Below are positions 19,931 to 23,690 of a stretch of DNA of 23,690 nucleotides, one piece after another (position 1 is the first letter of the stretch; every line of letters starts with the position of its first letter). The notes beneath the pieces were generated by a model. That model did not search any database and had not been told where the DNA came from. It saw only the letters and a list, made by a program, of their open reading frames with translations. The stretch is from positions 62,001 through 85,690 of the forward strand of contig JAUGWO010000108.1 of assembly GCA_049724395.1 (NCBI GenBank), in the 5' to 3' direction. A program made the position numbers and the translations under genes. This DNA is from Spongospora subterranea f. sp. subterranea (lineage: Eukaryota).

Positions 19931-20663
19931 GGGTTTTAGGTGCTTCTGTTCTTTATTATGATTGTCAATGCTGGTTCCAGCGTTCGGAATTCATAAAATG
20001 ATCTGCGCGATATTTGGGTGTTTGTCAAGGTAGCAACGTCCCTAGACGTCTGTCGGTCTCAGGACCAGGACAGGCGGTGTGGCCACGACGATTACCTGTC
20101 CGGTGGTACCTTGTGCGGAGTCAGGGGATAGGTTCCGGGGGCGCTGCGTTCATCGGCAGTTCGTCATCGTTGGGGCGCGCGCCGCGACTGACATCGTTAA
20201 TGGCGCCACGGAGTCGATCGACCGTGGTGGGTACACTGGGTTGCGGCGTAGTCAGTGTGGTAGGGGCCGTTGGTAGGGGATCGGTAGGGGGCTGCGGGGC
20301 TATGGACGGCACCAGGCAGGGATTGCGCCGGTGCGCGTGCGGGAGGAGAAGAGCGGTTGGGGTTTCCTTCGTCGGTGGATTCGCGGTAGTGGGTAGTTGC
20401 GCGGTAGACCGTGGTGGAGCGGCCGCTGGCCGGGGCGGTGGTGCCGGCCGGCTGGCGGTGGGCAGCTTGTCGTCGAATGGGGCGGGCGTCTTGGTCGTTT
20501 CCGGGTGTGGAGCGAGATCTGGGTGCGGTTTGGCCGATATGGTGACGACGAGCCGGGCTGCTTCGCTGCAGACAACGCGGATGTTGGTGTGGTCGGCGAC
20601 GAGCGCAGGCAGGTCGGTCAGGGATCGGAATGTGGCGTCGGAATCGTGGGCGATGGGGTCCTG
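19931..20663 (-). mobile_element. Diverged paralogous LINE 3' end, tail-to-tail with 19153-19853
   Basis: DATFRSLTDLPALVADHTNIRVVCSEAARLVVT vs DANFRSITDLPALVAHHTNIRLVCSEATRLVVT; same HKVPPDR* ending; AATAAA at 19957-19952 (minus). Confidence 0.8.
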
Positions 20664-21952
20664 CTAGGGTTTTTTGTGCGGAACATGAATTTTATTTCCA
20701 CCCCCAAATGTCATACAGCTGATCATGCATTGCTGCCAACTCAAAAACACCCTGTTCAGTTTGGCAGGTTCAAGTGACGAAAAGGATTCTTCGACATCCA
20801 CGATCAGGTCGTCGACGGTCTTGGGGCCCCTAAGATGCTGGAGAGACTGAATTGCATTGAAATACCCAAGATCAAGTACGTTCATGTCCGGACTATTAGG
20901 TTGTTGAAATCTTAACTGAACATCCAATCCCGTCGTCTTCGCCGCGGTCGTGAATATCGCGTTATCAGGCTTGGTATGTGGCTTTGCGTTATCCTGTTGG
21001 AGATATATTGTCTGTCCAGCTTCATTACCTGGCCATTTTTCTTGAATCGCCGGTAATACCTTGCAAATTAGCATGTTGAGATATTCTTGTTTTCCAACTG
21101 ATATGGGTTTTGTGATTAATGTGCCGTTGTGTCGATTCTTACTCGCGCGCTGTGCCGGTTCCTTATTGACAAATGGCCAGATGCCCAGCTTTCCATCAAA
21201 TACTTGCTGTCGGCTGTTGTCGTATCGAGGGCGGGCTACAGCAGCCAAAAACATAACTTTCTCGATCAAGCGCTTGCTCTTGCAGGTTCTCAGTGGAACG
21301 GGCTCTTCTGCTGAAAAGTAGATTGTCCGCTTAGTTTTGGTCATGAAAAACCACTTCTCATCGACGTGGATAACGTCTAACAAATCTTGAAACATGGCAG
21401 AATTGAAATTAACGGTTTCGGGTTTAAGCATCGACATGCAGAAACGCAGTCGCTCAACCTTATTTGGTTCGGTAAGCGTTGGTTTGAGTGACGCCTAAAA
21501 TCTCTTTTTTTTTTTTACTTTCGCATCAGCGTTGATTTAGGAATGTCTATCGCAGCTGAAAGACTTCTCAGAGTCGCCCTTTTGATGAAGGGTACGGCTT
21601 CAATCTTTTTCGAAATGTCGACTTCGACGTTTTTTCTTCCGCACGCACCCTTTTTTCTTGCCGATACGTCGGCGCAGACGTTTTCCATCATCAAAAGATT
21701 CGACCCCTCGATGCCAGATGCGGCTAACCGTTCTAAAGTGGCAGTTGAATTCCGCTGCACATCTTGCGAAGCATCCTTTTTTGGGACTCCGCTCTGTGTG
21801 TTTGCCAATATCCGCTCATAAACTGAACGACGTTCGTCGTCTATCAAGTTACGCGCCCGGTCTCGATAAGCATGTTGCACCAAGCTGACCAGCGCATCAG
21901 CAGCTTCAGCCATTTCTGGTTCACCTTCGAACTCCATGATGAACATGATCAT
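20664..21952 (-). pseudogene. Tc1/mariner DD39D (plant/oomycete mariner-type) transposase, frameshifted
   Basis: IHVDEKWF, KVMFLAAVARPR, FDGKLGIWPF, QQDNAKPH and NSPDMNVLDLGYF, with 39 residues between the second and third Asp. HTH segment TLRSLSAAIDIPKSTL. Broken at a stop plus T12 run near 21505-21517. Confidence 0.93.
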
Positions 21953-22098
21953 TCCGTCAGTGTATAGTTTGGTGCAATATCATCCCCCCATATCATTGAC
22001 GGCGTCAACTCCATAAGAAAATCAACAATTTCTGTAATAAAATGCGGTTAATTCCGCAAAAAATGGCGTTTGCGACAGTTATTATGGGACAGAGGGAA
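20670..22098 (-). mobile_element. DD39D mariner element with 5' TIR only
   Basis: Minus strand from 22100 reads TA TTCCCTCTGTCCCATAAT (Stowaway-type CTCCCTCCGTCCC TIR plus TA target); the 3' TIR is absent. Confidence 0.85.
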
Positions 22099-22607
22099 TA
22101 TAACGTTCGATGACATCAATAACTATCAGCTGGGACATATGGCAAAAGAAAAGCTGGAGCGTCAGGGATCCTTCCATTAGTCCTCAAAATTGATATAGGA
22201 ATATTTCAGCGCGCCCGCGCCCATTTTTGTAAATAAAGTCGCCAAACCGCAGTTTGTTCACCATGTTTTGATACTTAAAGCGGCGCCGATCACTCAAATC
22301 CACACAACGCCCATTGTGGGACCGCCTCAATACGGTAGGTATTTACGCCAATCGTCGTGACCATGTCGAGCGTTTGTGAACAGTTGTAATAGTTGACCAT
22401 TCGTGTTTTGATGCTTTGCTTTCATTGAAGATTAGGTATTGATTTCTTGCAATTCCTAAATTTGATCGGTGGCTTTATCTGATTGCGATTCTGACACTAC
22501 TTTGGTCAAATTCAATTGCTTGCTCGTAAGTAATGCTCGGATGAATGTTATTATTGATTGAGCAGCATGGTGAATATCAACAGGCTTTCGGCTTTGATAA
22601 ACTGCAG

Positions 22608-23028
22608 TGCAAGCCGGAGGATGTTTTGGATCTCATGACGAGGATGACAGGCGGCCCACTCCCTTCTGCACAAGCTGCCATCCTTGTATGCAGGTGTCTG
22701 CAATTACGTGAAAAGGTCTTGAACGACTGGCAAGGAGGGACCAATCCCCTAAACCGATCACTTTTTGCCGCTTTCTGCCGAATTCCCTGGCTGACATCCG
22801 CATGAAGAAGCTCTGCGGGATATTCATCCAAATTGTACAAGATTCGGCTGAGAGCGGCAACACGTGATCGGTTTGGGAGGGGTCTTGGTCCTCCACAGAA
22901 ATTTGCCAATCGTTCAAGACCTCCTCCCGTAATACCAGACAACTGCATACGAGGATGGCAGCATGTGCAGCGGGGAGTGGCCCGGCTGTCATCCTTGTCA
23001 TGAGATTCAAAACATCCTCAGGCTTGCA
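22608..23028. repeat. Second foldback of the 17559-18495 family (arms 22608-22783 and 22842-23028)
   Basis: Both arms encode CKPEDVL(D/N)LMTRMT(G/A)GPLP.A.AAILVC.CL.LRE.VLNDWQ in convergent orientation. Confidence 0.9.
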
Positions 23029-23031
23029 CCG

Positions 23032-23223
23032 TTCAGGGGTGGGATGCAGGACGGCGTGGAGACCAAAAACAGCCTGGTGTTCAGGGGTGAGATGCAGGTC
23101 GGCGTGGAGACCAAACACAGCCTGGTGTTCAGGGGTGAGATGCAGGTCGGCGTGGAGACCAAACACAGCCTGGTGTTCAGGGGTGAGATGCAGGTCGGCG
23201 TGGAGACCAAACAGAGCCTGGTG
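23032..23223. repeat. 48-bp tandem repeat x4
   Basis: ttcaggggtgagatgcaggtcggcgtggagaccaaacacagcctggtg starts at 23032, 23080, 23128 and 23176; present as a single unit in the 17.8 and 18.3 kb copies. Confidence 0.95.
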
Positions 23224-23690
23224 CTGGCTGAAAAGCGACAGCAACTGCCTGCAATATTACAGGTTGTGTGTCATTTAATAAGTGTATGATTCAGGTTTTA
23301 ACATCTTACGATCTGGTTATCGGAATTTTGTTGATCACATTTGCCTTTTTGGGCGGGCGCGTCAGGTCACTCGCGTCTGAGCAATTGTCTGTGAAAAATG
23401 ACTCGGGCAGTGCTTTTGTTTCATGGTGTAGTGTTTAAAAAAAGAAAGGCGAAAAGATGAATATACTGATGGTCAAATCAACTGCGAACAAAAGGGTTTT
23501 TTACCCAACATTGAAAAGCAAAGTGAAAAAATTTTATGGAATAACAAGGTGATGCAAATAACATCAGTGTTCTGGTAACTTATTAGTAAAGGGGGCGAAA
23601 CGATCTGAATGTGAAAACACGGGAATCAAAACGCGAAAAGGATATAAGTGTTGGGACAAACCAACGTCCAACCTGAACTCAGGAACACGA
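23182..23690. repeat. Repeat arm: inverted to 17559-17879 and direct copy (23360-23690) of 18345-18673; runs off the window
   Basis: High visible identity, near-identical over the last ~180 bp. Confidence 0.92.

Noticed and set aside
19931..19940. Telomeric repeat (gggttttagg; also ccctaaaacc at 17531)
   Set aside because: Only about one unit each, not tandem.

Overview
Eukaryotic, repeat-dense window (probably a fungal or protist microbe; the taxon cannot be fixed from sequence) with no clearly intact host gene. It is a mosaic of decayed fragments: Crinkler (CRN)-like pseudogene pieces (1-2.3 kb); an 82-bp tandem array; hAT-like remnants; an APE/RT non-LTR retrotransposon (about 6.1-12 kb) whose ORF2 is duplicated as a large foldback; a truncated Ty1/copia element inserted in the right arm of that foldback; a Mutator-like element (TIRs, 8-bp TSD, FLYWCH-type finger plus Ulp1 remnant) inserted in the copia LTR; two foldbacks of an unknown, possibly Myb-domain gene family; a tail-to-tail pair of LINE 3' ends; and a DD39D mariner with one Stowaway-type TIR. 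The most unusual property is architectural. At least nine local inverted pairs, from about four unrelated families and often between already diverged paralogs, tile the window. This makes it a candidate hairpin-RNA/siRNA-producing repeat-silencing locus or a foldback-repair hotspot. Family calls come from motif recognition by eye, not database searches, and most boundaries are approximate.
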